A DNA stretch of 64,000 nucleotides from Leptogorgia sarmentosa (taxonomy: Eukaryota), in NCBI GenBank assembly GCA_964658305.1, contig OZ210885.1, positions 10,726,001 to 10,790,000 on the forward strand. The letters are read 5' to 3'. The first letter of the stretch is position 1; each line of letters starts with the position of its first letter. The position numbers and the translations under genes were made by a program. Below the pieces are notes generated by a model. That model had not been told where the DNA came from. It was given only the letters and a program-made list of their open reading frames with translations, and made no database searches. Positions 38,750 to 51,038 of this stretch are shown in pieces.

Positions 38750-39194
38750 TATTATACATTTAAAATTTATTCTCGTTCCTGATTGGTCAGAAAGCACCGG
38801 CTAATTCTCAGTATTCAGTATTTATTACGTATTTTCCAAAAAAATAATTTATTTTCAATAATTATTTTTTTGGATCGAACTTGCATCCAAAAAAAAATTA
38901 TTGGACTCTCTCTTGCCCAAGCCCTTGCGCTGTCAAAAGCTTGAAGCTAAAAGCGAGCGAAAAAACAAACAAACAAACAAACAATGGCCTGCGGCAGATT
39001 TGCTTCGCTGAATGAAAGTGAACTCTCTTTTAAATGTATAATAAAACAATTATTAGATTCGGCTTTCGCATGATATCAAGAATTATTCAGACCTCGGTCA
39101 ATGTTATCCGCCTCAGCTTCGCTTCGGCAGATAACATTGACCTCGGTCTGAATAATTCTTGATATCATGCTCAGCCTCATCCAATAATTGTTTA
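38750..39194. mobile_element. Non-autonomous repeat with a long terminal palindrome, inserted in the tRNA-Asn flank
   Basis: Palindrome about 39045-39193; the flanks rejoin to match the uninterrupted copy near 38297-38330. Confidence 0.65.
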
Positions 39195-39235
39195 TTATTT
39201 TTGTATTTCTTTTCGGAAGGTTTTCAATGGAGTCG

Positions 39236-39309
39236 GTCTCTGTGGCGCAATCGGTTAGCGCGTTCTGCTGTTAACCGAAAGGTTGTTGGTTCGAGTCCAA
39301 CCAGGGACG
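39236..39309 (+). tRNA. tRNA-Asn (GTT)
   Basis: 74 nt, loop CTGTTAA, GGTTCGAGTCC. Confidence 0.85.
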
Positions 39310-39521
39310 TGTGTGGTGTTATTCAGACGTCGTGACGGTAAATGTAACCGATTTTTTGCGCGGGGTTTTCTGCGATTGATTGAAAAAATTCCAAAAAAAT
39401 AATGTGTGCCTCCGTCACGTATTCGGCTCACGTCAGTTCTCAAGAGAAAATCAGAACGGGATGTAGCATGTTGAAGGTAGCAAAGAATAAATGTGGTAGG
39501 AAATTCCATGTTTTCATGCGC

Positions 39522-39645
39522 GTCAGGATGGCCGAGCGGTCTAAGGCGCCAGACTCAAGTGCAGAAACTTGTCTCGATTAACCTTGACATAATAGGGCGT
39601 TCTGGTCCACACATGTGGTCGTGGGTTCGAATCCCACTCCTAACA
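39522..39645 (+). tRNA. Intron-containing tRNA-Leu (CAA)
   Basis: GTCAGGATGGCCGAGCGGTCTAAGGCGCCAGACTCAAG, then an intron of about 40 nt, then TTCTGG...GGTTCGAATCCCACT. Confidence 0.85.
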
Positions 39646-39786
39646 ACAAATTTACAAACAAATTGAGAACATTTCTTTTCAGAGTTGATCTGTTTACACA
39701 AATTCGATATCACCAAGAAATGTTACTGGTTTTTACTGAAAAATTCCAATGAAAAAAATTTCTCCATTTAAAAAATCGCATATGTA

Positions 39787-39863
39787 TGTTTCCGCCCAGG
39801 TTCGAACTGAGGACCTTCCGCGTGTTAAGCGCATGTGATAACCACTACATGCACTAAGGAAAC
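39787..39863 (-). pseudogene. tRNA-Val (AAC) pseudogene
   Basis: Val body with a 4-nt insertion near the D stem. Confidence 0.7.
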
Positions 39864-39976
39864 TGACATATGCGCAAACATATAGAAATAGATGTATTCA
39901 CTTTAATGAATTTTTTTCGTTTTTACTGAAAATTTCCAATGAAAAAAACATCTCCATTTAAAAAAGCTCATATGTA

Positions 39977-40049
39977 TGTTTCCGCCCAGGTTCGAACTGG
40001 GGACCTTGCGCGTGTAAGGCGCACGTGATAACCACTACACTACAGAAAC
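39977..40049 (-). tRNA. tRNA-Val (TAC)
   Basis: GTTTCTGTAGTGTAGTGGTTATCAC...CTTACAC...GTTCGAAC. Confidence 0.85.
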
Positions 40050-40215
40050 GAATTGGAAGAAAATTACAAAACAGAGACAAAGTTTCGGAGATGTGAACAT
40101 TTCTTTTCAGAGCTGATCTATTTACAAAAATTCGATATCACGAAGAAAATGTTTCTGGTTTTTACTGAAAAATTCCAATGAAAAAAAATTCCCCATTTAA
40201 AAAAGCTCATATGTA

Positions 40216-40288
40216 TGTTTCCGCCCAGGTTCGAACTGAGGACCTTGCGCGTGTGAGGCGCACGTGATAACCACCACACTACAGAAAC
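40216..40288 (-). tRNA. tRNA-Val (CAC)
   Basis: Same body, loop CTCACAC. Confidence 0.8.
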
Positions 40289-40599
40289 GAATTGGAAGAA
40301 AATTACAAAACAGAGACAAAGTTTGGGAGATGTGAATCGATGCAACAAAAAAATATGAAGCAAGTTAAAGGCCATGCAGGTCCAAGCCAGATTTAAACTG
40401 GGGTCCTTCCAGTGTGAGTCGCATGCAGTGACCAGTGTCCTACACGAAATGTATAACAATCCCTCAAATTCACCGTCGAAATTGATTATGCGAAATTTGT
40501 GGTGCCATTTCGTGGTTCCAATATAATTATTTCCAAGTAACAAATTTAAAATGAGAGCAGTAAGACTTTCCGCCCTCAGTCGCTGAATTAATGATTCTT

Positions 40600-40672
40600 T
40601 GTTTCTGCCCAGAATTGAACTGGGGACCTTGCGCGTGTGAGGCGCACGTGATAACCACTACACTACAGAAAC
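40600..40672 (-). tRNA. tRNA-Val (CAC), divergent T arm
   Basis: Same body, loop CTCACAC. Confidence 0.75.
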
Positions 40673-40918
40673 GAATTGGTACAAAATTAAAAAACAGAGA
40701 CAAAATTCTGGAGAAGAGCATTGATGCAACAAAAAATTTGAAACAAATTCATGGAGATGCAGGTCCTAGCCAGATTTAAACTGGGGTCCTTGCAGTGTTA
40801 GAAACTGTACAGCAATCCCTAAATTTAACCCTCCCAAGCACTAACAAGATAATACAAAAATAACATAAACACAGTATTTCCAATGACCATTGAAAATTCG
40901 CAATGTGTTAATTAACTA

Positions 40919-40990
40919 GGGCTTGCACGGGAATCGAACCCGTGACCTCTCGCACCCTAAGCGAGAATCATACCACTAGACCAGCAAGCC
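40919..40990 (-). tRNA. tRNA-Pro (AGG)
   Basis: 72 nt intact cloverleaf, GGTTCGATTCC. Confidence 0.92.
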
Positions 40991-41105
40991 ATTGATGGTA
41001 TAAATAAGTTCTCTAATATAATTTGTACTGACGAAGAAAAATATGGGATTAGTTAATGTAATATCTCAGCCCTTCCAAAACATTTTCCAATTTTTCAGCG
41101 ACGTG

Positions 41106-41177
41106 GCCATGATCGTATAGTGGTTAGTACATTGCGTTGTTACCGCAATGACCGAGGTTCGAATCCTGGTCACTGCA
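41106..41177 (+). pseudogene. tRNA-His-derived gene with anticodon GTT and a broken acceptor stem
   Basis: His body GCCATGATCGTATAGTGG; loop TTGTTAC. Confidence 0.7.
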
Positions 41178-41675
41178 TCTGTTTCATACAGCCAAAAGTA
41201 TTGTAATCACCATTACGGACATCGTCACCGTTGAAGTTCTGTTTATTATTGCCGTTGGATGTGAAGAGAAGATAAAAGCTATATTTTCGATCAGAAGACA
41301 ATTTTTGCTTTGTTTAGCGCGTGCGCTATGTTTGTTTTGCTTTGAAGCAATCTGTAGCTTGAGCTCTAATTTAATTGGTTCCAAGTGATAACAGAAAATG
41401 GCACTGTGATTACACAAAATTATGCTATGATTTGGGATTAACTGCACTGAAATAAACCAATCACAGTCGAGCTATACATTTACGTATATTATTAAGAAAG
41501 AAACGCCCTAAAGAATCCATTTTATTCGCACGCACCCTTGGGCTCAGGCCCCACGCAACGGTATAACCTCTTCTCACTATTCTACATATTATTCACAGTA
41601 TGGCGCTGAGAGTGTAGGTCAGTTGTAGATGTGAATGTTTAGTTTAACAACGCGAAACCTGTTGGTTGCAGCAAC

Positions 41676-41757
41676 GTAGTCGTGGCCGAGCGGTTAAGGC
41701 GACAGACTAGAAATCTGTTGGGAGTTTCCCGCGCAGGTTCAAATCCTGCCGACTACG
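41676..41757 (+). tRNA. tRNA-Ser (AGA)
   Basis: 82 nt, loop CTAGAAA, long variable arm. Confidence 0.92.
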
Positions 41758-42156
41758 TTATGCAAAGTCTTTGAAATTTTGGCCTCGAATATAAACATGA
41801 ATTTTTTTTTGGAAAACTCGATGAGAGGAAGTTCTGTTTTCGGTGGTGGTGGCTGAGTGTTTAAAGTGACAGATTCAATGTACAAGTTTTCCATCTACAA
41901 AATCAACGAAAAGAAATCCCGTTTTTATTGTATTAAGGTTATGAAACTGAAATGCAACGAAATTGAAATGCAACGAAATGAAAATATTCTGGGTTAGAAT
42001 TCTAGGTAACTGTTTTGGAAAAGCAAAATCATGACAACAAAGGCATACAGAAAACACCAAAAGAATGGGTAAGGTGGGATGGAGCTATTATAATAGCAAT
42101 GGTTTTGCTAATTTCTCGAATTGCATATTTTTTTCCTTCTCTCGTAAGTATTATTA

Positions 42157-42228
42157 TTCCCACGCCGGGAATCGAACCCGGGCCTTAGCGGTGAGAGCGC
42201 CAGATCCTGACCACTGGAATACATGGGA
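42157..42228 (-). tRNA. tRNA-Glu (CTC), divergent
   Basis: Glu body, loop CTCTCAC, A-box mutations. Confidence 0.75.
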
Positions 42229-43046
42229 GAAACATTTATCTTTTCTCAGAATGTGAAAATAACGATAATATTTTTAATTTGAATTTGGAAGAAAATTTCG
42301 AGAGATTACTACGAGTGAGAGTACTACGTATGAAAACATGGAATTTCCTACCACATTTATTCTTTGCTACCTTCAACATGCCACATCCCGTTCTGATTTT
42401 CTCTTGACAACTGACGTGAGCCGAATACGTGACGGAGGCACACATTATTTTAGTGGAATTTTTCAATCAATAGCAATCTATACTTCTCGTGTAGTGCACC
42501 AAGATGCAGGAGTGGGATTCAGATGCTTTTCCAATTTTGATAAAAAACATGCATGCACTTGTAAAAGTAACTGCAAGTCGTGCATCTTTGCAAAATCGTT
42601 CGCACATCCCAGCAAATTTGTATAGGAAATTACGCGGTTCGAGAAGTATTAATGAAAATTGCACGCGTGTTTGGCGAAATATTTCGCGGTATTTCGCCAA
42701 ACACAAGTGCAATTTTTCATTATTACTTCGAGAAAAAGTGTAATTTCCTTTTAATATCATTGTAGTAATTTCAGGGCAATTTCAATATCAAACAAATGAA
42801 AATCCATCGTAAATTTCTACGCAAACGAAAATTTTACAGTAGTTTACTTGTTTTTAAATTTACCGCTCGCATATCGCGGGCTCGAAACCGAGGTATTTGA
42901 AAAATGAATTACACACCTGTGTAATTAATGTTTAATTCGCACAATTGTTGAAGCTTTTTAGCCAATCAATTTAGCGCTGAGTGTGTTGGTGAGTGGTAGA
43001 TGTCAATGTTTAGTTGAACAACGCGAAACCCGTTGGATGTAGCAAC

Positions 43047-43128
43047 GTAGTCGTGGCCGAGCGGTTAAGGCGACAGACTAGAAATCTGTTGGGAGTTTCC
43101 CGCGCAGGTTCAAATCCTGCCGACAACA
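43047..43128 (+). tRNA. tRNA-Ser (AGA), second copy
   Basis: Duplicate of 41676-41757 including flanks; acceptor-stem mismatch. Confidence 0.8.
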
Positions 43129-43383
43129 CTACGCAAAGCCTCGAATGTAAACATGATTTTTTGGGGAAAAACCTTGATGAGAAGAGATTCTGTTCTCGGT
43201 GGTGGTGGCGATGAGTGTTTAAAGTGACAGATTCGAGAAGTCGCGTTTTTTTTGTATCAAGGTTATGAAACAAGCCAAAAATGATTTTGTATTTGAATGT
43301 AAATTTGAAAACAAAGAGGTCCGTGAATTGATTACAGCTGCGTTTGAAATAATATGTACGTAATTATCTTGGTAGTCCACACA

Positions 43384-43455
43384 GGGAGTGTAGCTCAGTG
43401 GTAGAGCATTCGACTGCAGATCGAGAGGTCGGTGGTTCAAATCCGCCCGCCCCTT
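43384..43455 (+). tRNA. tRNA-Cys (GCA)
   Basis: GGGAGTGTAGCTCAGTGGTAGAGC...CTGCAGA...GGTTCAAATCC. Confidence 0.85.
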
Positions 43456-43669
43456 AATTTACCGAACCTATAAACTGTAAAACTTTCAAATTCATGGGAA
43501 AAAATGCAACCCAAAGGGTTAAGATGCATATACTGCCATTCGTGTTAAATATATCCACCAATACTTGAATACGATTAGTCCTTCTGTTAAGTACTAAAAT
43601 ATTTTGTTCGAGTTTACGGCAGATTGAAGATTTATTCATATCGAAGTGCAAGCCAATACTAATGTCAAC

Positions 43670-43803
43670 GTAGTCGTGGCCCGAGTGCTTAAGGCGACAG
43701 ACTTGAAATCTGTGGGGAAATTCCCGCACAGGTTTAATTCCTGCACAGGTTCAATTCCTGCACAGGTTCAATTCCCGCACAGGTTCAAATCCTGCCGACT
43801 ACA
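43670..43803 (+). pseudogene. tRNA-Ser (TGA) pseudogene with four tandem copies of a 17-bp T-arm segment
   Basis: CC(C/T)GCACAGGTT(C/T)AA(T/A)T repeated four times. Confidence 0.85.
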
Positions 43804-44013
43804 CAACAGCAAATTTTCAAAATTTTCCATCAGCAAGCCATTGATTGTATCCAATCTCTAATGTACTTTGTACTGAGGAAGATAAATACGGGCTTAATGT
43901 AATATCTCAGCCGTCCCAAAAAATTTTCCATTCTTGCAGCAGTTGGAATGCTTGACAAAGAAGCATTGTAATGCACGCAGAATGAATTCAACCCAAAGAA
44001 TTCTCTCGTGAAT

Positions 44014-45113
44014 TCACTTGACCCAATTGATGTCAAGTAACTCTTTCCCAGTCACATCCCCTCTCATGCATTTTATTTCTGCAAACGGAAAATCAGCTTG
44101 GGATTTGATATTTTGCAATACCTTCTTTGTGGCTCTTTGCCTTTTCAATTCCATCTTCCGATATTTCGTGGCAATTTCCACTAATGTGTGGAAAACTTTG
44201 TCACCGACATCAGCACACACAAACAGAATATTTGCAAGTGTAGACTCCTATCAAGTAAATGCCAATATGAATATGGCTCCCCTATTTTATCACACTATAT
44301 CAATAAAAATGCCAGTTTATACTATAACTTCCACTCTCAAGGTATTATTATTCTAGAAAAACTTAGTGATTCACCAATAATGGCAGATCGCATACTCCTC
44401 CATTCAGGGCACTTTTCTTTATTAAATTGCTCCACCAATAGTTTTCGGCACAGTAACATCTAGAGTTAAAAAATGTTATATTTTGCAATTGGTTGCAATA
44501 TGGAGATTATGATTTATGTTATAAACAAGAGGATATCTTTTTAAAACTTAATTACACTGTTGATTGTTTTCCGGCAAGATCAAACAAACATTGCGTATAC
44601 AGGTTATGGTACATCTCTTCAACTTATTATACATAATGGTACCTTATCAGCTGTGTCGAGGTTGTGGTGCAAGGATCTACAGTACCCTGTTATGCAACTG
44701 TGCCAATCGTAATGCATCTTTAGAAGGCATTTCTGGAAAGAAAAGGGAAGCATACATTGCTTGTGATTAAAAATTCCTAAACACCCTAATTCATCCCAAA
44801 GCAACTGACAAACCTGTATATAACTGCACCATTGCATACATTATGGGTGCTCTTTAAGTTGTCCTTCTTTGTTTAGTTGCAACAATGCCTCACGGCGGTG
44901 GTTTCCACCCATCACTTCTAGCGATAATCCATCAATTTTGGATTCATCAAAATCTTCCTTGGTGATGGCATTCTTTACAATTGCAATCAACGGTTTTGCA
45001 AATGTTGTAGGCCTTTCTAAGATTTCACTTTTCAATACAGAGACAAACGTTTGATCAATGTCTCTCACTCTATCCTCTCTCAATACCTTGTAGGGTTCTT
45101 CAAGAAACGTCAA
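44014..45113 (-). pseudogene. Decayed multi-exon ParB/Srx-like gene
   Basis: RVRDIDQTFVSVLKSEI...PLIAIV...LEVMGGNHRREAL; frameshift near 44840 then VQLYT; next exon MPSKDALRLAQLHN with a stop. Confidence 0.65.
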
Positions 45114-46099
45114 AACAAATTTGATATTTGCTGCAAAGCAAGTGTTATAAAACTATTTTAGGCAAAGGTAAAACTTGGAAAATAACTATAGAGAATGGCC
45201 AGCCAACTGTGATTGGCTGGCCAAACGTAATGCCGACAACGCTAACGTTAACAACATTCAATCAGGTCATGGCTAGAAATGGCGTTGGAATGCACGCATA
45301 CGTTCTCGCAAAGATAGAGAAGGCAGGAGAAACGAGGATGGATTGAAATACAGGACAAGCGTGTATGTTGTTTGCATATAAAATTTTGCGTATTTTTATG
45401 AATTGCTGGTTTAGCGCCACATTAAGTCTGTTATTTCAAAATACTAACGAACTTTAGATTTTTCTGTTAAATCAAAATAGACTTTCTGAAGGTTAAAACG
45501 TTTCATTGGCCAAAACAACTTCAAAAATCTCTTTTGTATGTCTGTTTTAATGGAAAAAATTGAAATATATATCGGAAACTTGCAGTTTATCTTAAGTTAA
45601 AAATTAAAGTTTTATAAAATGCGATCGCCAGTTGATTTAATTTCCCTTCTATATTTTTGGAAATACTTTTTAGTACGAACATTTTCGGCGAAATATTTTG
45701 GTGTCGTAAACGGTATATTTTAACCATTGAACAGGGTGATTAAATCATTTCAATGAATTTACCTTTTATGATTGTCATGTGGAATAAAAAAGCAGCAATT
45801 TTATATATTTTTTCATTTCGCTTTGGCTGTTTGCCAGCAACAGTAACAAAGTAAACAAACAACTGATGTCAAATGAATTTGACTATAGCATTGCACGGCA
45901 AATGAATTTTTGTTGATCTCTTTAAACCTATTGAGTTTTCTGAATTACTTTGGACTTGTACAGCATTCTTTGGGCGAAGCATAAGTTTTTTTTTATTTTA
46001 CCGGATTTCTAGCGGATTTTTTGGCATTAGATGCACTAAGTGCACTGGATTTTTTGAATTGAAATGAATTGATTGGTGAATTGACTCTCGGTTCGACTG

Positions 46100-46797
46100 G
46101 CTTTACTACAGATGCCGGCTTTTAAAGGACTCCTGATTTTACAGATTCCTGGTTTTGATTCCTAAATTTACCGATTCCTGATTTTATAAAATACTGATTT
46201 TACAGATTCCTGATTTTACAGATTCCTTGTTTTATAGATTTCTGGTTTTACAGATTCGTGGTTTTATAGATTTCTGGTTTTACAAATTCCTGTTTTTACA
46301 GTTTCCTGATTTTACAGATTCCTGATTTTGTACATTTCTGGTTTTACCGATTCCTGGTTTACCGATTCCTGATTTTAAAGATTCCTGATTTTATAGATTC
46401 CTGGTTTTACAGAGTCCTGATTTTATAGATTCCTGATTTTACAGATTCCTGGTTTTACAGATTCCTGGTTTTACAGATTCCTGATTTTATAGATTCCTGA
46501 TTTTACAGATTCCTGGTTTTATAGATTCCTGATTTTATAGATTCCTGGTTTTACAGATTCCTGGTTTTATTGATTCCTGATTTTATAGATTCCTGATTTT
46601 ACAGATTCCTGGTTTTACAGATTCCTGGTTTTATAGATTCCTGTTTGTTAGGTTCTAGATTTTACTGATTCCTAGTTTTACATATTCCTGGTTTTACACA
46701 TTCCTGGCTTCAGAGATTCCTTGTTTTAAGATTCCGTCTTTTACAGGCTCCGGCTTTTACAGGTCCTGGTTTTACAGATTCCGGCTTTTACAGATTC
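46100..46797 (+). repeat. 16-bp tandem array TTTTA(C/T)AGATTCCTG(G/A)
   Basis: Directly visible; degenerate at the edges. Confidence 0.92.
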
Positions 46798-49749
46798 ATG
46801 TATTCCCTTTACCATCCCCTTTCCTGGTTCCCGGTTTCCCGTTCCTTGTTTCACACATAGCCTTTAGTTATCCCCTCTTGTTACAATGCTGGCACAATCA
46901 TGGTCACCAAATCAACATCTACTTTGAAATGAAAAATGAAGCCCCACATGAAATGAGAAATGAAGCCCCCCGGCCAAATTTCTCGTTGTAATAATATTAT
47001 GTGTTGATTTCGTCAGATTCAATAATTACATCATTCAAATACTTTGACACAAAGCGACGAATGGTTATGTTTTCACACCTTAAACAATCACATTTTGACT
47101 TCTGGGCAGTAGACGTATCAAAATTATGGAAAGGTTCTGATTGGGATGAAACCAGAACTATGTTGATTCAAGCTTATGAAAGTTATGAATTACTGCTTAA
47201 ATGCACCATACCCAATGAATGCCCATTTACAGTGTGCGACGCGGAAAATAGACCTTAAAGCCTAAAATTGCAAAGCGAAATGACAAATCTTTGTCATTTA
47301 CTATTACTCTTGCAAAATGGCAAACTCACCAAATATATAGAATCACAAATAAAAGCTTATAAGCCAATTAATGTTCGAATATTATAGATATTATACCGAC
47401 ATGGTCAGATGATCTCTCAGACTTGCAAATCTAACTGCATATAATGTTAGCTTGAAGATTACCTTTTAAATCTCTTTCTTTATCTTTGTATCCCAAACCA
47501 AATGTAGCCCAATCTTTTCAATGATATCGATTATGTTATATATTGTTGAAAATACAAACGTTGTGCGATAATCCTGCCGATTTTATATACTCTCTCTAAA
47601 GAATGATAACAAATATCTCGCTGGCACCGAACTACGAGAAATAACAAAGTTGCTTTATTCATCAGTGTGATTGATATCAAAGAGTTTTTATAAGTGAAGT
47701 GTTTTGATTCTCTGGGATATTTTAATTTCTCGTTTCGCCACTTCCTTTCTATCTGTAAATCCTGTAGACATATATTGTTGACGTTTTTTGTTATGTTTTG
47801 CACATATACATGCAAATTAAACTGGACACTTTAAGACCAGAAAAATTGCCATCCCTATTAAATATATATTAACTGTACAAGTTCATCTGGTGCCCTGAAA
47901 ATTTCAATGATTGCGCAGCAGAGACGTGTAAAAAGTTTGAAATTTCCCGCTACAAAGCATGACTGTAGTGTATGTTTTTATAGCTTTCTGCCAGTGGATT
48001 AAAATTATTATTGCTTCACTTGATATTTACCACAATAACTCAGGTTTGGTTCCTGCTGATTACAATTATAATTATAATTATTAGGTCTGCATATTGCCCG
48101 TTTAAAACCTTACAATTCTATATAGAGAAGCTAGCGCATTTTCTGAAGTGATGAATCAGAACATTGTGTATAGCTCCCTCAATACCATGTGACCATTGTG
48201 AAGATATGTATTTGTAGACATTTGTCACTTGTCAAAGTTGTATGCGCTCAATAAATCATTTTCTAGAGAGTAAGAAATTTTGAAAAAGGTTACGTAACTG
48301 TCGTTGGCATGGCAACAATGACGTTTCTAAAATGGCAGATAACTGCCCTTTAAAGTAATTTAACTGGACAATTAGTTCGGTGACCCCCGTAATATGCTTT
48401 TAGTTATGGCATTTTGAATTATTCTGGTGAGTTTAACAAACATTATACAAACTAGGTAGCTAAACGTGATTATTTGACATAAAAAAAGTTTCGCTTGGTA
48501 GGAATTTTTTAAAATTCTAAAAATAATTTTAAACACGAAACGAAAGCCTTCTGTGAAATAAGAAATGGGGGTCAACTAACCCATTTTCAAGTTAAACTAA
48601 TTTAAATGGTGTCATTGTTGCCATAGCAACGACAGTTAGGTAATTTCTTTTTCAACGACAGTTATGTAATTTTTTTAAATTTCCTGACATTCAGACCAAG
48701 TGTTATTAAGCATATATATGTTCATTGTCTTTTAACGACTATTAATTGTCCAAAAATACAGATCAAAACTCCATATTAACCAGTATTAAAAAACTGTGTA
48801 GCGAGCCACCTGAAGGCAAGAGATTCTTGCTCACGCGAATTGAATGATCTGATCATGAATTTACAACTTATTGCAAAGAACTCCTGTCAGTGATGAAATA
48901 TTGTCAAACTAGCTTAAATTTCAATTTACAAGACCTTTTTTATAGGCTAATGTATTAGTACTCGCTGCATTTTACACACCACTAAATATTTACTCGCTAA
49001 CTAAACTAGTATTGCGTGGGGGTCAACAATATTAATAGCGCTAACCTAACAATTCTCCTGCAGGGCATAATATTATTATGGGCATATTATATTATTATGT
49101 TATAATTGAGGTATCCTATAAATAAATGTAAAGCTATTGGTCATGCATAAAGTGGAGATATTAAAATATTTCAAAACACTTTTTCGAACTGTGGGGTTCT
49201 TTAAAGGAATGTAAGATATGTGCTTTCGTTTTAAAGTTCTCGCGCGCATATCTACAAAACTCTTTCCCCTCAGTTACATGACTGATAGACGAGAATCACA
49301 GTAACATCTTCTTCGCTGTGATCGGTATTTGATTCTCGAAATCGTTAGTGCGAACTATTTTTAATTCTCCAATCATGCCTATGATAATTTCTTCCAAGAA
49401 GAAAGACAATACTAGAAGATGATTTGAAATTCACGACAGACTATAAAGACTTTTATTTACTGACAACCTAAGCAGTGAGGCTACGAACTCGTATCACAGA
49501 CCAACAAAATTTCCTCTTTTTCTTCAAACGGTAATCGCTATTGCTCCGCGTTTATACGTGTTTTGTGAAAGAAATCATTTGAATACTATTGAATTGAATG
49601 AAAATAAATATACATTATTTTGCAGGTATATTCTCGAAGCTCAAAAGTCATAACAATAACTGGCTTCAGCGAGATGTAGCTGCTCTGTACGCCGAACATT
49701 GAGTGCATGGTGAGTAGAATTTCTTTGTTGACGGAGTTAGTTTAACAGA

Positions 49750-49990
49750 ACAGTGTTCGTAGCTCGTTTAGCTTAAAAGGCGGATAAGCCCAGAATATAA
49801 AACAAGTCTATCCATTGCTTGAACCGTCAAAATAATACTTTTCGATCTAAGAAGAGCATCTATGTGTACAACAACATAATTATTCAGTGTTTAAAATTTA
49901 TGCTCAGTTATTCACAAGACGAACGGGAGTGTAATTTAAATTTGACTTATCCGCCGTTTCTGCAAAACGGGCTACGAACAACTGGCCGCA
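49750..49990. mobile_element. Diverged MITE of the same family as 27667-27872
   Basis: tgttcgtagctcgtttagcttaaaaggcggataag / cttatccgccgtt...aacgggctacgaacaactggcc. Confidence 0.7.
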
Positions 49991-50847
49991 GATAAATTAT
50001 TGCCGAGCAATTTGATGATCGATATACTAGTTATAGCTTTGTACGTATTTAGGGCTTAGGCTAATTAGTTTGTTGATTAACTATACAAAATCGCCCAGCT
50101 TTTCAGACTTTGCATAAAACTCACTGCAAAACCAAGTATATATTTCAATAATTCAGTTTCTTATCAAGCTCGTATTTAACTCTTGTAAATGAAAATTAGC
50201 GTGTTTACATGATAAGTGTTTAAACAGACTTTCGGAGTTCTGACACAGTGCAAACGCAGAGTTATAGCCACGTATGATGTATATGACTATTTAACAACTA
50301 CATTACTATTTACACGAGCTTGCGAGATCTCTATGAGGCATAGCCGTGATTTGTAAAGTATACATAACGAATTTTACGCGGTTTTCCAGCAAGCTAAATT
50401 CATGTGCATCCTAACCCTGTCGAGTGTTGGTGAGACGTGACGTGTGTTTATTTAACAATTAGATTACGAGCTCGAGACTTGAGCGAAGCACGAATCAGCT
50501 TCAACCTCGCAGAAATCGAAAGCGGGTAATGCAATAGTTTTATTCGAATCACAGATCGAACATAGAATATTTCACATAAGCAAACACGGTGATATAAACG
50601 ATCCAAAATGTACGATGAGAAAATCACAAAGGAAATCAACCGTAGCGTGATTTTATATTGTATGAGATAAACATTGACCTTAATTTAATAATGTCACATG
50701 ATATGTATGTCGTTTTTGGAGCCATCTAAAATACTCGCAATCTGTGCTTTATCTGATCCAAAACACTCGGCTGTCGCTTCGACCAGAATATCTGATGTAA
50801 GATTCCAACGAGGGGGCGAATACTTTTTTGTAAAATTAATGATGTTT

Positions 50848-51038
50848 AAAGGCACGTTCACACGAGTGATTTTTTGCTACGATATGTTCTTCTTTTTCAT
50901 AGATGTGAAAGATTGGATTAACAACAATTGTTCGGAGTGCGTGCTTTCTCACCTCAACTGACATTTGTGACTGGTTTATTCGTTCACATCCGTCAAAAGG
51001 AAAAAATCGCAGCGAAATCGCTCGTGTGAAAGAGCCTC
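50848..51038. mobile_element. Short MITE
   Basis: aggcacgttcacacgagtgattt / aaatcgctcgtgtgaaagagcct inverted ends. Confidence 0.55.

Larger units (their letters stand above)
43941..46862 (-). mobile_element. Truncated Mutator-like element: one terminus with a 16-bp tandem array plus a decayed cargo gene
   Basis: Ends ...cccgttccttgtttcacacATAGCC, like the ...ttacagATAGCC end of the 13-kb element; array 46100-46797. Left junction inferred from where homology to the 41000-41100 tRNA flank stops. Confidence 0.65.
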
